Positions 1 to 10,445 are shown, counted from the first letter of the stretch. The stretch is DNA of 64,000 nt from Bacteroidaceae bacterium (GCA_017617315.1 JAFZWM010000054.1:1-64000), one strand, 5' to 3'. The notes: generated from the sequence alone by a model not told the origin. Program-made: numbers and translations.

Positions 1-130
1 AATGAATTCTGCTACAAATTCAACCGTAAATATTTCGGTGACAGGATGTTCGACCGGTTAGTTATCGCTGCCGTTTCGTATAAGCCTACGTTTGAACACA
101 AATTATATAACGGCAGGGCGAATTGCGGAT
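1..130 (+). CDS. 3' end of an upstream gene entering the window (42 C-terminal codons, unknown product)
   Basis: Open frame from the window edge reads ...NEFCYKFNRKYFGDRMFDRLVIAAVSYKPTFEHKLYNGRANCG* and stops at TAA 128-130. It is followed by an A-run/hairpin/T-run terminator at about 140-190. Confidence 0.3.
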
Positions 131-161
131 AATCATTAACTAAAAAAAATGCTTCCGCTCG

Positions 162-1331
162 TCAGAAGACGAACAGAAGCATTTTTGCCAAGCCAAAGCC
201 TATGTATGTTCCGGCTGCATAGCCGAACAGTCCAACGGCAATGCCCGGACCTATGACAGCCTTGTTGTGAAGCGCGCTACCCATAACAGGCGCAAACGGC
301 GGACTGCATATAAGCGAGATGCTCGTGGTGAGCGTGGTATCTGTATCGACCCTGAAAATGGCACTCAGCAGCACATGAAAGAAGAGCGCGCCGATGGTTG
401 CCACCGTGGTGAACATGAAAATATCGGGGTTGATGTCCTTTAGCGTGCCAAGACTTACCTGCGATGCCACCGCCACGCTGAAAATCAGGATGAAGAACGT
501 GCCGGCCTCGAACGTGCGCTTTAGCGAGCGTACCTTCTTGTTCATCGAGGCAAGAACCGACAAAAGGCTTATGCCGAGGATAAATACCGACTGGAACATA
601 TCCTTAGGGAAGAGCAAAGCCACGCCTGCACCCACAATTATTATGCCAGCAGAAAGCAGGAGCGATATTACCAAATCGCGCAGATTGTCGCGACGGAACA
701 AGCCAAGAAACAGTTCATTATCGTGATTCTCTACGCTAAGTTTGCCAAGTTCGGCATCTTCGGCCTCCTTGTCGCTTGCAAAATCGGGCATGAAGAGTCC
801 GAGAACCTTCTTTCCGAAGATGATGACGAAAAACAAATACACGGCACTCAGCACCACGCTATAAGCCGAAACGAGCACAAAGACCGATTCGTCTACGCCA
901 AGGGCAACCTTCAGAGATGCCAGATTGGCGTTTCCTCCGGTATAGAGTCCCGTAAGCATTCCGCCGATGTTGGCAAACATCGTTCTGTCCGACTGGCCGT
1001 ACAGAACAAAGCCAACGGCAATGGCCATGGCGCAGCCCAATATGCCGAAAATGAGCGACTTGATAAAGTTAGGGGCAAGCTTTGCCCACGACTTTATGTC
1101 GGCAGAGAACAGCATGAGCGGAATGGCGAAAGGCACGGTTGCCGACGCTACGGTTGTCTGTACCGCATGCACCTCGTCGGTATCGGGAAAGACTCCGAGC
1201 AAGCCCAGAGTGCATGCAATAATGTATGCCACAATGATGCTTCCCACCTTGTTGAGGAGACTGCTTTTGTAGGTCAGCCACAAGACAAACAACGGCGAGA
1301 GCACGCAGAAAAGAATGATAAAAATAGTCAT
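162..1331 (-). CDS. polytopic membrane protein, DUF819-like putative transporter
   Basis: 389 aa, about 10-12 hydrophobic helices, two similar halves, Gly-rich segments typical of DUF819/YjcL-type proteins. Assignment is from memory of the family only. Confidence 0.5.
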   Translation of the reverse strand: MTIFIILFCVLSPLFVLWLTYKSSLLNKVGSIIVAYIIACTLGLLGVFPDTDEVHAVQTTVASATVPFAIPLMLFSADIKSWAKLAPNFIKSLIFGILGCAMAIAVGFVLYGQSDRTMFANIGGMLTGLYTGGNANLASLKVALGVDESVFVLVSAYSVVLSAVYLFFVIIFGKKVLGLFMPDFASDKEAEDAELGKLSVENHDNELFLGLFRRDNLRDLVISLLLSAGIIIVGAGVALLFPKDMFQSVFILGISLLSVLASMNKKVRSLKRTFEAGTFFILIFSVAVASQVSLGTLKDINPDIFMFTTVATIGALFFHVLLSAIFRVDTDTTLTTSISLICSPPFAPVMGSALHNKAVIGPGIAVGLFGYAAGTYIGFGLAKMLLFVF

Positions 1332-1366
1332 AACGGCTGCAAAATTAGCAAAATTATGCCATTACG

Positions 1367-2761
1367 CTACCATCCCAGCGGCTTTATTTCTTTCTTTACA
1401 AACTTGTCGTAAGTTATGTTGTCGGTCGAGAGATTCCTTACGTTTGTCTGATTGTTGATGAACTCGTTCACCTCCTTCACATGTATGTTAGCGAGCCTTA
1501 CGGTATCGATAGGCAGAAGAGCCGAGCCCTTGATGTCGTAGATGGCATTTGCCTGCTCGCACTCTATGTTCTTCATCGAAATGTTGCTTATTCGCGTAGG
1601 GCGTTCCTCGTATGTAGGCACGATGTCCTTCCATTGGTACAGCACATCGGTATCAATCTCGAAGGCGCGTCGCATACGGTTTGCCTTAACGTTCTCCATG
1701 CTTATGTTCTCCAGGAAGCCGCCACGGCGGATATTCGTCTTCATGTAGAAGAGACGTATAACCTCGTCGGGCGACTCGCAATCGTGCATATACACGTTTC
1801 TTATTCCGCCCGAAATCTCGCTGCCAATGCCCAGCAGGCAATGGCCTTTCTTTATCACGCAGTTTCTGATTACGATATTCTGCGTAGGAGTAGCCAGACG
1901 CCAAGCGTCCTGATTGCGCCCCGCCTTTATCACCACGGCATCGTCGCCTTGGTCGAACACGCAGTTCTCAACCACAAAGTTCTGCGTCATCTCCAAGTCC
2001 ACGCCGTCGTTGTTGTGTCCGTGTGCATATACATCGAGGTTGCTCACCCTTCCGTTCTTGCACATATACAGATGGACGGTCCAGAACGGACTCTCGCGAA
2101 TCTTGAATCCGTCGAGCTGCACGTTCTCGCATCTGTTAAGGTGAATGAGATGCGGACGCAGATGGTTCTCGCCCTCTGCCATCTGTCTGTACTTTACGGG
2201 CACATCGGTACTCGCCATCGAATACAGTTGTCTGAGGGCGTTCATGTGCGCCTTAGGACGGGCAAACCACTCCTTCCACAAGTCCATCTTAGGCTTGAGC
2301 GTGCCGCTTCCGGTTATGGCAATGTTCTTGCACTCGAAGGCATAGACGAGGGGCGAATAGTTGTAGCACTCAAAGCCCTCCCACGATGTCATCACGGCAG
2401 GCAGATAGTCGTCGGGATTGTCGGTAAAGTTAACCTCAGCCCCTTCGGAGAGATAGAGGTTAACGTTGCTCCTGAAGTGTATAGGGCCTGTAACCCACGC
2501 TCCGGCAGGCACTACTACCCTGCCGCCGCCAGCCTTGCTGCAAGCCTCCATAGCCTTGCGGAAGGCCAGAGTGTTAGCCTTGGCGTTGCCCTTCTTTGCG
2601 CCGTAGCGCGTTATTGGGAAATCTTTCTTTGGGAACTGGAACAGCTCGATGTCGTCCATCCTGAACGGAGCTTCCTTGGCCGATACCACATTGTTCTGCG
2701 CCATTGCCGTAGTGCCAGCCACGGCAAACAGCATCGCGATGATGATTCTTGAAATATTCAT
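1367..2761 (-). CDS. secreted glycoside hydrolase family 28 (polygalacturonase-like)
   Basis: N-terminal signal peptide (MNISRIIIAMLFAVAGTTAMA). GH28 hallmark motifs: HNNDGVD (NTDG-like), QGDDAVVIK (G-DD), KKGHCLLGIGSE (G-HG-S-GS), RLFYMK (RIK-like). Right-handed beta-helix protein. Confidence 0.85.
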   Translation of the reverse strand: MNISRIIIAMLFAVAGTTAMAQNNVVSAKEAPFRMDDIELFQFPKKDFPITRYGAKKGNAKANTLAFRKAMEACSKAGGGRVVVPAGAWVTGPIHFRSNVNLYLSEGAEVNFTDNPDDYLPAVMTSWEGFECYNYSPLVYAFECKNIAITGSGTLKPKMDLWKEWFARPKAHMNALRQLYSMASTDVPVKYRQMAEGENHLRPHLIHLNRCENVQLDGFKIRESPFWTVHLYMCKNGRVSNLDVYAHGHNNDGVDLEMTQNFVVENCVFDQGDDAVVIKAGRNQDAWRLATPTQNIVIRNCVIKKGHCLLGIGSEISGGIRNVYMHDCESPDEVIRLFYMKTNIRRGGFLENISMENVKANRMRRAFEIDTDVLYQWKDIVPTYEERPTRISNISMKNIECEQANAIYDIKGSALLPIDTVRLANIHVKEVNEFINNQTNVRNLSTDNITYDKFVKKEIKPLGW

Positions 2762-2953
2762 AATAAGCGTTATAGTTTTTACATATTCCGGAAAGCCGGA
2801 ACATCAGCACAAAATTAAAATAAATCTTTCAGCCTCAGAACTTTCGGCATTGCAAAAATCAGAATTAGGGCGTAAATAAATCAAAATAGTCGCAGACTGG
2901 GCGATACAAACAAAAAAAGAGGTCGTACTCGGAAGTACAACCTCTTGGCTTTG

Positions 2954-3027
2954 TAGCGGGACCCGGGATTGAACCGGGGACCTCATGATTATGAATCATG
3001 CGCTCTAACCAGCTGAGCTATCCCGCC
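2954..3027 (-). tRNA. tRNA with CAT anticodon (elongator Met, or Ile2 if lysidinylated)
   Basis: Reverse complement GGCGGGATAGCTCAGCTGGTTAGAGCGCATGATTCATAATCATGAGGTCCCCGGTTCAATCCCGGGTCCCGCTA folds as a cloverleaf. Anticodon stem CATGA/TCATG, loop TTCATAA, T-arm CCCGG-TTCAATC-CCGGG. No encoded CCA. Not initiator-like (G1, no GGG/CCC anticodon stem). Confidence 0.85.
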
Positions 3028-3193
3028 AAATCATCTCATTGCTGAAATGCGGTGCAAAGATACGACAATTTTCCGAACTTGCAAATTTTTCCTGAAGATT
3101 TTTGCATCAAAAAGTAAAAATTATCCGAAAAACATACAAACATTATGCTTTTTATAGTAATTTTGCAACGATTCACACATCACATACTGTTAG

Positions 3194-5110
3194 ATGCAGT
3201 TATTAAAAAAATTAGACATATTCATATTAAAGAAGTTCATCACGCTGTTCTGCGGCACATTCTTCATCTGCTTGTTCATTTTCATGATGCAGTTTCTGTG
3301 GAGATATGTAGATGAGCTTATAGGCAAGGGACTCGAACTATCGGTTTTGGCACAATTTTTCTTCTACTCGGCTCTTACGCTGGTGCCAATGTCACTTCCA
3401 CTGGCAATACTACTTGCATCACTCATATCATTCGGAAACCTCGGCGAGCAGTTCGAGCTGCTGGCAATAAAGGCGGCAGGAATATCGCTGTTCAAAACCA
3501 TCCGTCCACTCGTCGTATTTGTGTGCCTGCTGGGCGGCGCGTCGTTCTACTTTCAGAATGTGGTGGGTCCGAAGGCGCAGTTGTCGCTCTTTCAACTTAT
3601 CATCTCGATGAAGCAGACATCGCCCGAGCTCGACATACCTGAAAAGGTGTTCTACAACGAGATTGACGGATATAACCTGTACGTTGAGAAGAAGGACAAG
3701 GAGACGGGAATCCTTCACGGAGTGATAATATATAATGTGGCCGACGGCTTTGAGAATGCACACATCATACTCGCCGACTCGGGAAAGCTCGAGATGAGCA
3801 GCGACCAGCAGCATCTTCTGCTGCACCTGTACAGCGGCGAGCAGTTCGAGAACCTGAGGGGCGACCAGTTCGGACAGATGAGGGCTAACGTGCCCTACCG
3901 CCGCGAGACGTTCTGCGAGAAGCATACAATCATCGACTTCAACTCGGGATTCAACATGACCGATGCCGACCTGAGCGGACGCTCTGCCATAAAGAACATG
4001 GCGCAGCTCGACCATAGCATCGACTCCATGACACTCCACTACGACAGCGTGGGAATAAGGAACTACAAGGAGGTGAAGATTACACTCTTCCAGACCATCT
4101 CGAAGAAGAATCAGGCAAAAGCCAGCAACTATGCCAAGGAGATTGACGGCAACGTGAACATCGACACGGCATTCAGTCATCTTACAAAAGAGGCGCAGGT
4201 TGCAGCCATCCGCTCTATCTACAACCGCGTGAGGATGCAGAAGACCGACTTCGAGTTCAAGAAGGCGATAATGGAAGAGGGCGACTTTCAGATCAGAAAG
4301 CACAAGACGGAGTGGCACAGAAAGATTTCGCTCGCGCTCGCCTGCGTGGTGTTCTTCTTCATCGGAGCGCCGCTGGGAGCAATCATACGCAAGGGCGGAC
4401 TGGGTATGCCGGTAATCGTGTCGGTGATAATATTCATCTTCTACTACATCATCGACAACTCGGGCTACAAGATGGCGCGCGACGGCGAGATTCCGGTCAT
4501 CGTCGGAATGTGGATAAGCACGTTCATTCTTGCGCCGATGGGGCTGTTCCTTACATACAAGGCAAACAACGACTCGGCGGTGTTCAACAAAGATGCCTAT
4601 GCCAACTTCTTCCGCAAGCTGCTGGGACTACGACTCTCAAGGCACGTTGCACGAAAGGAAGTCATCATATATCCGCCAAACTACGACACTCTGCCCGAGC
4701 GACTCAACGCGCTCACCAAGGAGTGCGAGACATACTCGAGCAAGCACAGGCTCATCGTGCCGCCTAACCCTCTCAGAATATTCCTGCGCAACCGTCCCGA
4801 CGTGGCGGTAGAGGAGATAAACGAGCGCATGGAGGCTCTGCTCGAAGAACTGGGCAACACAAAAGACACGGTGCTCATAGGCATGATAAACGAATACCCT
4901 ATCCTTGCCGTGAGCGCGCATACAAGTCCGTTCGGCAAGCGATGGAAGAATCTGCTGTCGGGACTGTGCCTGCCACTTGGAATTATACTTTACCTGCGCA
5001 TCTGGCGTTTTCGTCGCAGGCTTTACAGAGATATGAAGAAAATTGCAAAGAACAACAACAACATCTGCGTGCGAATTGGGGTTCTGCGCGATAAAAAACT
5101 GATTGACTAA
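3194..5110 (+). CDS. LptF/LptG (YjgP/YjgQ) family LPS-export permease with a 170-aa C-terminal cytoplasmic extension
   Basis: N-terminal approx. 460 aa match the LptF/G architecture: TM1-3, periplasmic beta-jellyroll, then TM4-6 ([27 protein letters not shown]...). An unrelated basic tail follows. TAatTTTG -7 box at about 3150. Confidence 0.75.
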   Translation: MQLLKKLDIFILKKFITLFCGTFFICLFIFMMQFLWRYVDELIGKGLELSVLAQFFFYSALTLVPMSLPLAILLASLISFGNLGEQFELLAIKAAGISLFKTIRPLVVFVCLLGGASFYFQNVVGPKAQLSLFQLIISMKQTSPELDIPEKVFYNEIDGYNLYVEKKDKETGILHGVIIYNVADGFENAHIILADSGKLEMSSDQQHLLLHLYSGEQFENLRGDQFGQMRANVPYRRETFCEKHTIIDFNSGFNMTDADLSGRSAIKNMAQLDHSIDSMTLHYDSVGIRNYKEVKITLFQTISKKNQAKASNYAKEIDGNVNIDTAFSHLTKEAQVAAIRSIYNRVRMQKTDFEFKKAIMEEGDFQIRKHKTEWHRKISLALACVVFFFIGAPLGAIIRKGGLGMPVIVSVIIFIFYYIIDNSGYKMARDGEIPVIVGMWISTFILAPMGLFLTYKANNDSAVFNKDAYANFFRKLLGLRLSRHVARKEVIIYPPNYDTLPERLNALTKECETYSSKHRLIVPPNPLRIFLRNRPDVAVEEINERMEALLEELGNTKDTVLIGMINEYPILAVSAHTSPFGKRWKNLLSGLCLPLGIILYLRIWRFRRRLYRDMKKIAKNNNNICVRIGVLRDKKLID

Positions 5111-5119
5111 ACATAACGT

Positions 5120-6334
5120 ATGAGCGAATTTAAATTAAATACAATTGAAGAGGCAATAGCCGACTTCAAGGAAGGAAAGTTCGTAATCGTGGTAGACGAT
5201 GAAGACCGAGAGAACGAGGGCGACTTCATCACGGCTGCCGAGATGATTACGCCCGAGAAGGTGAACTTCATGCTTCAGAACGGACGCGGCGTGCTCTGCT
5301 GCCCTATCACCATATCAAGGGCCAAGGAGCTCGACCTTAACCATCAGGTTGAGGACAACACTTCGATGCTTGGCACACCGTTCACCATAACCGTAGACAA
5401 GCTGGAGGGATGCACCACGGGAGTTTCGGCACACGACCGCGCCGAGACAATCAAGGCACTTGCCGACCCTAACTCAACGCCTCAGACATTCGGCCGTCCG
5501 GGACACATCAACCCGCTCTACGCTCAGGACAAGGGCGTTATCCGCCGCGCCGGACACACCGAGGCCGGAGTAGACATGGCCCGCCTTGCAGGACTTCAGC
5601 CGGCCGCCGCCCTCATCGAGATTCTGAACGAGGACGGAACGATGGCACGAATGCCGCAGCTTCAGGAAGTGGCAAAGAAGTTCGACATGAAGATTATAAC
5701 CATCCGCGACCTCATTGCCTACCGTCTGAAGAAGGAAAGCACCGTGGAGAAAGGTCCGGAGGTGAACATGCCGACCGAATACGGAAACTTCAAGATGACC
5801 GTCTTCCGCCAATTGAGCAACGGCCTTGAGCACTCTGCCTTGGTAAAGGGTACTTGGGAGGACGACGAGCCTATTCTGGTTCGCGTACACTCATCGTGCG
5901 TTACGGGCGACATCTTCGGAAGCCAGCGATGCGACTGCGGAGCGCAGCTGCACACGGCCATGCAGGAGATTGAGAAAGCCGGCAAGGGCGTTGTTCTCTA
6001 CATGAATCAGGAAGGCCGCGGCATCGGTCTGTTCAACAAGATAAGAGCCTACAAGTTGCAGGAAGAAGGCTTGGACACCGTAGATGCCAACACTCACCTC
6101 GGCTTCCAGCCCGACGAGCGCGACTATGGCGTTGGAGCGGAGATTCTGCGTCAGCTTGGCGTAAAGAAGATTAAGCTCCTTACAAACAATCCTGTAAAGC
6201 GCGTAGGACTCGAGGCTTACGGCTTGCAGATTGTAGAGAACGTACCAATAGAAATAAAGCCTAACCGCTTTAACGAGAGATATCTGAAAACAAAAATGGA
6301 GCGAATGGGACACACCCTTCACTTCAACAAATAA
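5120..6334 (+). CDS. ribBA: bifunctional 3,4-dihydroxy-2-butanone-4-phosphate synthase / GTP cyclohydrolase II
   Basis: RibB half ([30 protein letters not shown]) plus RibA half with Zn-binding CxCG and [18 protein letters not shown]...LTNNPVK. Starts 9 bp after the lptF/G-like stop. Confidence 0.9.
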   Translation: MSEFKLNTIEEAIADFKEGKFVIVVDDEDRENEGDFITAAEMITPEKVNFMLQNGRGVLCCPITISRAKELDLNHQVEDNTSMLGTPFTITVDKLEGCTTGVSAHDRAETIKALADPNSTPQTFGRPGHINPLYAQDKGVIRRAGHTEAGVDMARLAGLQPAAALIEILNEDGTMARMPQLQEVAKKFDMKIITIRDLIAYRLKKESTVEKGPEVNMPTEYGNFKMTVFRQLSNGLEHSALVKGTWEDDEPILVRVHSSCVTGDIFGSQRCDCGAQLHTAMQEIEKAGKGVVLYMNQEGRGIGLFNKIRAYKLQEEGLDTVDANTHLGFQPDERDYGVGAEILRQLGVKKIKLLTNNPVKRVGLEAYGLQIVENVPIEIKPNRFNERYLKTKMERMGHTLHFNK

Positions 6335-6360
6335 GTTTAAAACCAAAAAAACAAACAACT

Positions 6361-7110
6361 ATGGCAAATTATCCTAATTTTGACCAGCTCCAGTCTAAGG
6401 CTGGTTACACCACAGAATCAAACAACCGCGTTATATACTCAGAGAACGCAGTTGCAACACTTATGCGCAACATGTATATCTGGATGGCTCTGGCACTTAC
6501 AATCACAGGCTTCACAGCGTATGCAGTTGCCAACTCGTACTCTCTGTTATACGCTATCGCATCAACTCCAATGTTGTTCTACGGACTATGCTTTGCAGAG
6601 CTCGGACTTGTATACTTCCTTTCTTCACGAATCTTCAAGATGTCGTTTACTACAGCCGGAATCCTTTTCGCAGCATATTCAATTATCAACGGAGTAACAT
6701 TGAGCCTTATCTTCTTGATTTACGAGATTGGTTCAATCGTCTCAACATTCTTCATCACAGCCGGAACATTCGGCGCGATGGCAGTAGTCGGCTCATTCCT
6801 GAAGAAAGACCTCAGCTTCATCGGCCGCTTTGCGCTCATGGCTCTTATCGGCCTTATCATCGCAGGCGTCGTTAACATTTTCATGAGAAGCGAGGGCTTC
6901 AGCTTCATCATCGCTATCGTAGGCGTGCTTGTGTTCACAGCCCTCACAGCATACGATGCTCAGAAACTGAAGAACATCATTGAAGAGAACGGCTACGAGG
7001 TTAACGAAAACACACAGAAACTGTCGCTTCTTGGCGCACTCGAACTGTACCTCGATTTCGTTAACTTGTTCTTGTATCTGCTCAGACTTTTAGGTTCACG
7101 AAGAAACTAA
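6361..7110 (+). CDS. Bax-inhibitor-1 / YccA family membrane protein
   Basis: 249 aa, 7 TM helices. N-terminus ...NRVIYSENAVATLMRNMYIWMALALTITGF typical of the BI-1/YccA family. Confidence 0.75.
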   Translation: MANYPNFDQLQSKAGYTTESNNRVIYSENAVATLMRNMYIWMALALTITGFTAYAVANSYSLLYAIASTPMLFYGLCFAELGLVYFLSSRIFKMSFTTAGILFAAYSIINGVTLSLIFLIYEIGSIVSTFFITAGTFGAMAVVGSFLKKDLSFIGRFALMALIGLIIAGVVNIFMRSEGFSFIIAIVGVLVFTALTAYDAQKLKNIIEENGYEVNENTQKLSLLGALELYLDFVNLFLYLLRLLGSRRN

Positions 7111-7140
7111 ACAACAAGAAATAGAAAAATTCTGTTAAAA

Positions 7141-7183
7141 ATGCGGTTTACAAGTCATTTTGTAAACCGCATTTGCTATTTTT
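7141..7183 (+). terminator. rho-independent terminator downstream of the BI-1 gene
   Basis: atgcggtttaca-N8-tgtaaaccgcat hairpin followed by a T-run. Confidence 0.6.
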
Positions 7184-7217
7184 CGTGAATATTTTTTGAA
7201 GAATAAAGAAAAGTTCG

Positions 7218-7225
7218 TACCTTTG
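7218..7225 (+). promoter_or_regulatory. Bacteroidota -7 promoter box (TAccTTTG) for aspC
   Basis: Matches the Bacteroides sigma-A -7 consensus TAnnTTTG, about 40 bp upstream of the ATG. Confidence 0.45.
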
Positions 7226-7263
7226 CACACCAGTTTAACAACAATAGATAACTTAAAGAAAGA

Positions 7264-8460
7264 ATGAACCAACTATCCGACCGTCTGAACAGACTTTCGC
7301 CTTCGGCTACACTTGCAATGTCGCAGAAAAGTAGCGAGTTAAAGGCACAGGGAATTGACGTCATCAACCTAAGTGTAGGTGAACCAGACTTTGACACTCC
7401 AGACTACATCAAGGAGGCAGCAAAGAAGGCAATCGACGAGAATTACTCAAGATATTCTCCGGTTCCGGGCTATCCTGCACTTCGCAACGCCATTGTAGCC
7501 AAGCTGAAGAACGAGAACAACCTCGACTACACTCCAGCGCAGATTCTTTGTTCAAATGGCGCCAAGCAGAGTGTGTGCAACACCATCATGGCACTTGTCA
7601 ACGAGGGTGACGAGGTAATCATACCTGCTCCATACTGGGTTAGCTACCCACAGATGGTCAAGTTGGCAGATGGCGAGCCTGTAATCGTAGAGGCTACCTT
7701 CGAGCAGAACTTCAAGATTACTCCAGAACAGCTCGAGGCTGCCATCACTCCAAAGACACGCGCACTCATCCTCTGCTCTCCATCAAACCCAACCGGTTCG
7801 GTTTACACTAAGGAAGAACTCGAGGCTCTTGCAGACGTGTTGAAGAAGCACGAGCGCGTAATCGTCATTGCCGACGAGATTTACGAGCATCTTAACTATA
7901 CTGGCATCAAGCACGCAAGCATGGCATCTGTCGATGGCATGAAAGAGCGTACAGTAATCATAAACGGTGTGTCAAAGGCATACGCAATGACAGGATGGCG
8001 TATCGGTTTCATCGCTGCTCCAGAATGGATTGTAAAGGGCTGCAACAAGCTTCAGGGTCAGTACACCAGCGGTCCTTGCTCAGTATCGCAGAAGGCAGCC
8101 GAGGCTGCATACACAGGCTCGCAGGAGCCACGCGAGACTATGCGCAAGGCATTCGAGCGTCGCCGCGACCTTATCGAGAAGCTGGCAAAGGAGATTCCGG
8201 GATTCGGCGTAAATCACCCGACAGGCGCATTCTACCTGTTCCCAAAAATCGACTCATACTTCGGCAAGTCGTACAACGGCACAACAATCAACAACTCAAC
8301 CGACTTTGCAATGTACTTGCTTAACGAGGCTCACGTTGCAACAGTAGGCGGCGATGCCTTCGGTAGCCCTAAGTGCTTCCGCATGAGCTATGCCACAAGC
8401 GATGAGAACATCACCGAGGCAATGAAGCGCATCAAGGAGGCTTGCGCTAAACTGAAATAA
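7264..8460 (+). CDS. aspC: class I pyridoxal-phosphate aminotransferase (aspartate aminotransferase-like)
   Basis: 398 aa. PLP lysine in the NGVSKAYAMTGWRIG context. Typical AAT_I fold motifs (PAPYWVSYPQ, LCSPSNPTG). Confidence 0.85.
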   Translation: MNQLSDRLNRLSPSATLAMSQKSSELKAQGIDVINLSVGEPDFDTPDYIKEAAKKAIDENYSRYSPVPGYPALRNAIVAKLKNENNLDYTPAQILCSNGAKQSVCNTIMALVNEGDEVIIPAPYWVSYPQMVKLADGEPVIVEATFEQNFKITPEQLEAAITPKTRALILCSPSNPTGSVYTKEELEALADVLKKHERVIVIADEIYEHLNYTGIKHASMASVDGMKERTVIINGVSKAYAMTGWRIGFIAAPEWIVKGCNKLQGQYTSGPCSVSQKAAEAAYTGSQEPRETMRKAFERRRDLIEKLAKEIPGFGVNHPTGAFYLFPKIDSYFGKSYNGTTINNSTDFAMYLLNEAHVATVGGDAFGSPKCFRMSYATSDENITEAMKRIKEACAKLK

Positions 8461-8496
8461 GACCTATTTCACAGACTTATTTAATAAACCAACGGA

Positions 8497-8536
8497 ATCT
8501 TGTCCGTCCTTAATTGGGCGGGCAAGATTTTTTTAC
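8497..8536 (+). terminator. terminator after aspC
   Basis: Imperfect GC hairpin (cttgtccgtcc / gggcgggcaag) followed by T7. Confidence 0.5.
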
Positions 8537-8684
8537 AAGAAAAGGACTGTAATATTCGATATTTCCGTCATTTTTCTATACTTTTGCAATAAATTATTCG
8601 CCTTGAGAACTACTGAACTTGACAGCAAAAATAAACAAGTAGCAATGCCTGAAGCTTTTAGAAGGCTATCTAAACTTTAAAAGA

Positions 8685-9182
8685 ATGTTAAAAAAACTAT
8701 CTTTAATATTGTGCTGTGTCGCAATGTTATCGTGCATTTCCTGCGATTTTGAAGAAAGAGACATTCCACCTACAATCTTTCAAGAAAATATGGAGGTATC
8801 AGAAGAAAAGTCTGAAACCTATTTCAAGGTAGGACCAAGAGACTATGACATGGGATGGATTCGCATATTTTCAAAAGACGAGAAACAAAACGAAAACGTC
8901 ATAGATAAAGATATTGCAATCACTAAAGAAATAACAAACAAAGAAGAAACAGAAATAGAAATTTCAGAAGGCGAGAAAGCCATAATCTACTGCGAGAAAG
9001 GAAAGATAAAGAAAATCGTATTCAATTCCATTACAGTTGAAAAGACAGGAAACGGCAAATATTCTGTCAAATTAAACAAGAAGCCATCAGCACAAAAGAT
9101 TTTCATTTACGCCTTTGCATTTGCCAACAGTGATGGCGTTTCTTCTGCAGCAATCTATATAAACAAAGAACAAATCAAATAA
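8685..9182 (+). CDS. small lipoprotein; candidate staphostatin-like inhibitor partner of the downstream C10-like gene
   Basis: 165 aa. Lipobox MLKKLSLILCCVAMLSCISC. Ends 6 bp before the C10-like ORF. AT-rich. Own TActTTTG -7 box at about 8577. Confidence 0.4.
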   Translation: MLKKLSLILCCVAMLSCISCDFEERDIPPTIFQENMEVSEEKSETYFKVGPRDYDMGWIRIFSKDEKQNENVIDKDIAITKEITNKEETEIEISEGEKAIIYCEKGKIKKIVFNSITVEKTGNGKYSVKLNKKPSAQKIFIYAFAFANSDGVSSAAIYINKEQIK

Positions 9183-9188
9183 AAGAAA

Positions 9189-10394
9189 ATGAAAAAAATC
9201 ATTATTCTACTAACCTCATTAGTTCTTCTTTTCTCATGCAGCGAAGACGAGAAGACAACCACAACTGACAACAAGTTCCATGTCGATAAAAAAGACATTG
9301 AACTGGTTGTAAACGATTTCACATCTAAAACCGTAAGAAGCAGTTCTCTGCAAATTGTCAGCGTAGACTCGCTCTCTAACCAAGAGCAGACCACAAGAGG
9401 AGAACAAAACACAAATGCACCTCAAACTCTGCTGTATTTTGTCAAACTCTCGGACAACTCAACCGTAATAGTTGCCGGAGACAAGCGCGCAGAACCAGTC
9501 TGTGCACACATCAGCAACCTCGAACTCAAATTCGGCAACGGCAAACTACTCAACCAGAACGAAGTTCCTGAATCATTCAAATACATGCTTGGAGTTTCTG
9601 CAGCATCGGTAATGAACTGTGCAAGCAACGAGAGCGAGGTCAATCCTAACTGGACTGCAAACTCAACAAGAGCCACAGAGGATGCAGATTACATTCAGCC
9701 TTCGAAATGCAAAGTTGCATGGGGACAGGGCAATCCTTTCAACTTGCAATCGCCAGCCTCAACCGGAGACAAGAGTTCTGAAGGAAAGGCTCTTGCCGGC
9801 AGTACAACTATTGCGGCAGCACAAGCATTAACTGTATTGTGCGAAGATTTTCATATTTTCAAGGGATATGCCTTAAAAACATCATGGGGCGTTTTGAAAA
9901 CACGCAATTCTTTTTACAATCAAGATGAAATCAAGGACATCTCGAATATCGTAAAAAGAATTGCAGACAATATCGACACTTCGTATAACAAGAACGGCAC
10001 GGCTGATGCCAACACAAGAAATGCCATATTATTCTTAAACAAAGACCTCGGAGGAGCATACGGACACGATAGCGACTGGGAAAAGGTGGAATCGAACATG
10101 AAAGACAATCCTTGCGGCATCTCGTTCCTGTCTGCCGTTCCTCAAAGCAACGGACGCATCTGGAACATCATGGGAATAGACAAGCCGAGCCAGACCGAGC
10201 ATTGCATGCTTCTTGACGGCTACAAAAAGGCTAACGGCAGAACTCTATTCTACATCAACTTCGGATGGAACGGAGAAGGAAACGGCTATTTCCTCTATGA
10301 CGACAAGACATGGAATGAAGGCGCACCAAAAGAATACTGCATTCACATGAACGTGTACAACTTCCATCTCGACACCGACTTCGACAACTTTTAG
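9189..10394 (+). CDS. streptopain (C10) family peptidase homologue, lipoprotein, catalytic Cys replaced by Ser
   Basis: Lipobox LLFSC. WGQGNPFNLQSP...KALAGSTTIAAAQAL aligns to SpeB QGNPYNLLTP...HAATGCVATATAQIM; codon AGT gives Ser at the nucleophile position. EHCMLLDGY...LFYINFGWNGEGNGYF aligns to SpeB [24 protein letters not shown], so the catalytic His is conserved. Confidence 0.7.
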   Translation: MKKIIILLTSLVLLFSCSEDEKTTTTDNKFHVDKKDIELVVNDFTSKTVRSSSLQIVSVDSLSNQEQTTRGEQNTNAPQTLLYFVKLSDNSTVIVAGDKRAEPVCAHISNLELKFGNGKLLNQNEVPESFKYMLGVSAASVMNCASNESEVNPNWTANSTRATEDADYIQPSKCKVAWGQGNPFNLQSPASTGDKSSEGKALAGSTTIAAAQALTVLCEDFHIFKGYALKTSWGVLKTRNSFYNQDEIKDISNIVKRIADNIDTSYNKNGTADANTRNAILFLNKDLGGAYGHDSDWEKVESNMKDNPCGISFLSAVPQSNGRIWNIMGIDKPSQTEHCMLLDGYKKANGRTLFYINFGWNGEGNGYFLYDDKTWNEGAPKEYCIHMNVYNFHLDTDFDNF

Positions 10395-10410
10395 GATATT
10401 CGTAATAATA

Positions 10411-10445
10411 AAAAAATGCAGCCCAAGAAAAGGCTGCATTTTTCG
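10411..10445. terminator. bidirectional terminator hairpin between the C10-like gene and the ferredoxin gene
   Basis: A-run, atgcagcc-N9-ggctgcat, T-run. Confidence 0.65.

Noticed and set aside
1481-2752. 423-aa plus-strand ORF
   Set aside because: Entirely antisense to the well-supported GH28 gene. It has His/Arg/Leu/Val-rich composition typical of a reverse-strand shadow ORF and no start-site signals.
3428-4318. 296-aa minus-strand ORF, plus 4312-4767 and 4530-4811 plus-strand ORFs
   Set aside because: Shadow ORFs inside or overlapping the lptF/G-like gene, with Arg/His/Leu-rich composition.
5111-5119. Possible FMN riboswitch upstream of ribBA
   Set aside because: Only 9 bp separate ribBA from the preceding gene, leaving no room for an RFN element. 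ribBA is probably co-transcribed with the lptF/G-like gene.
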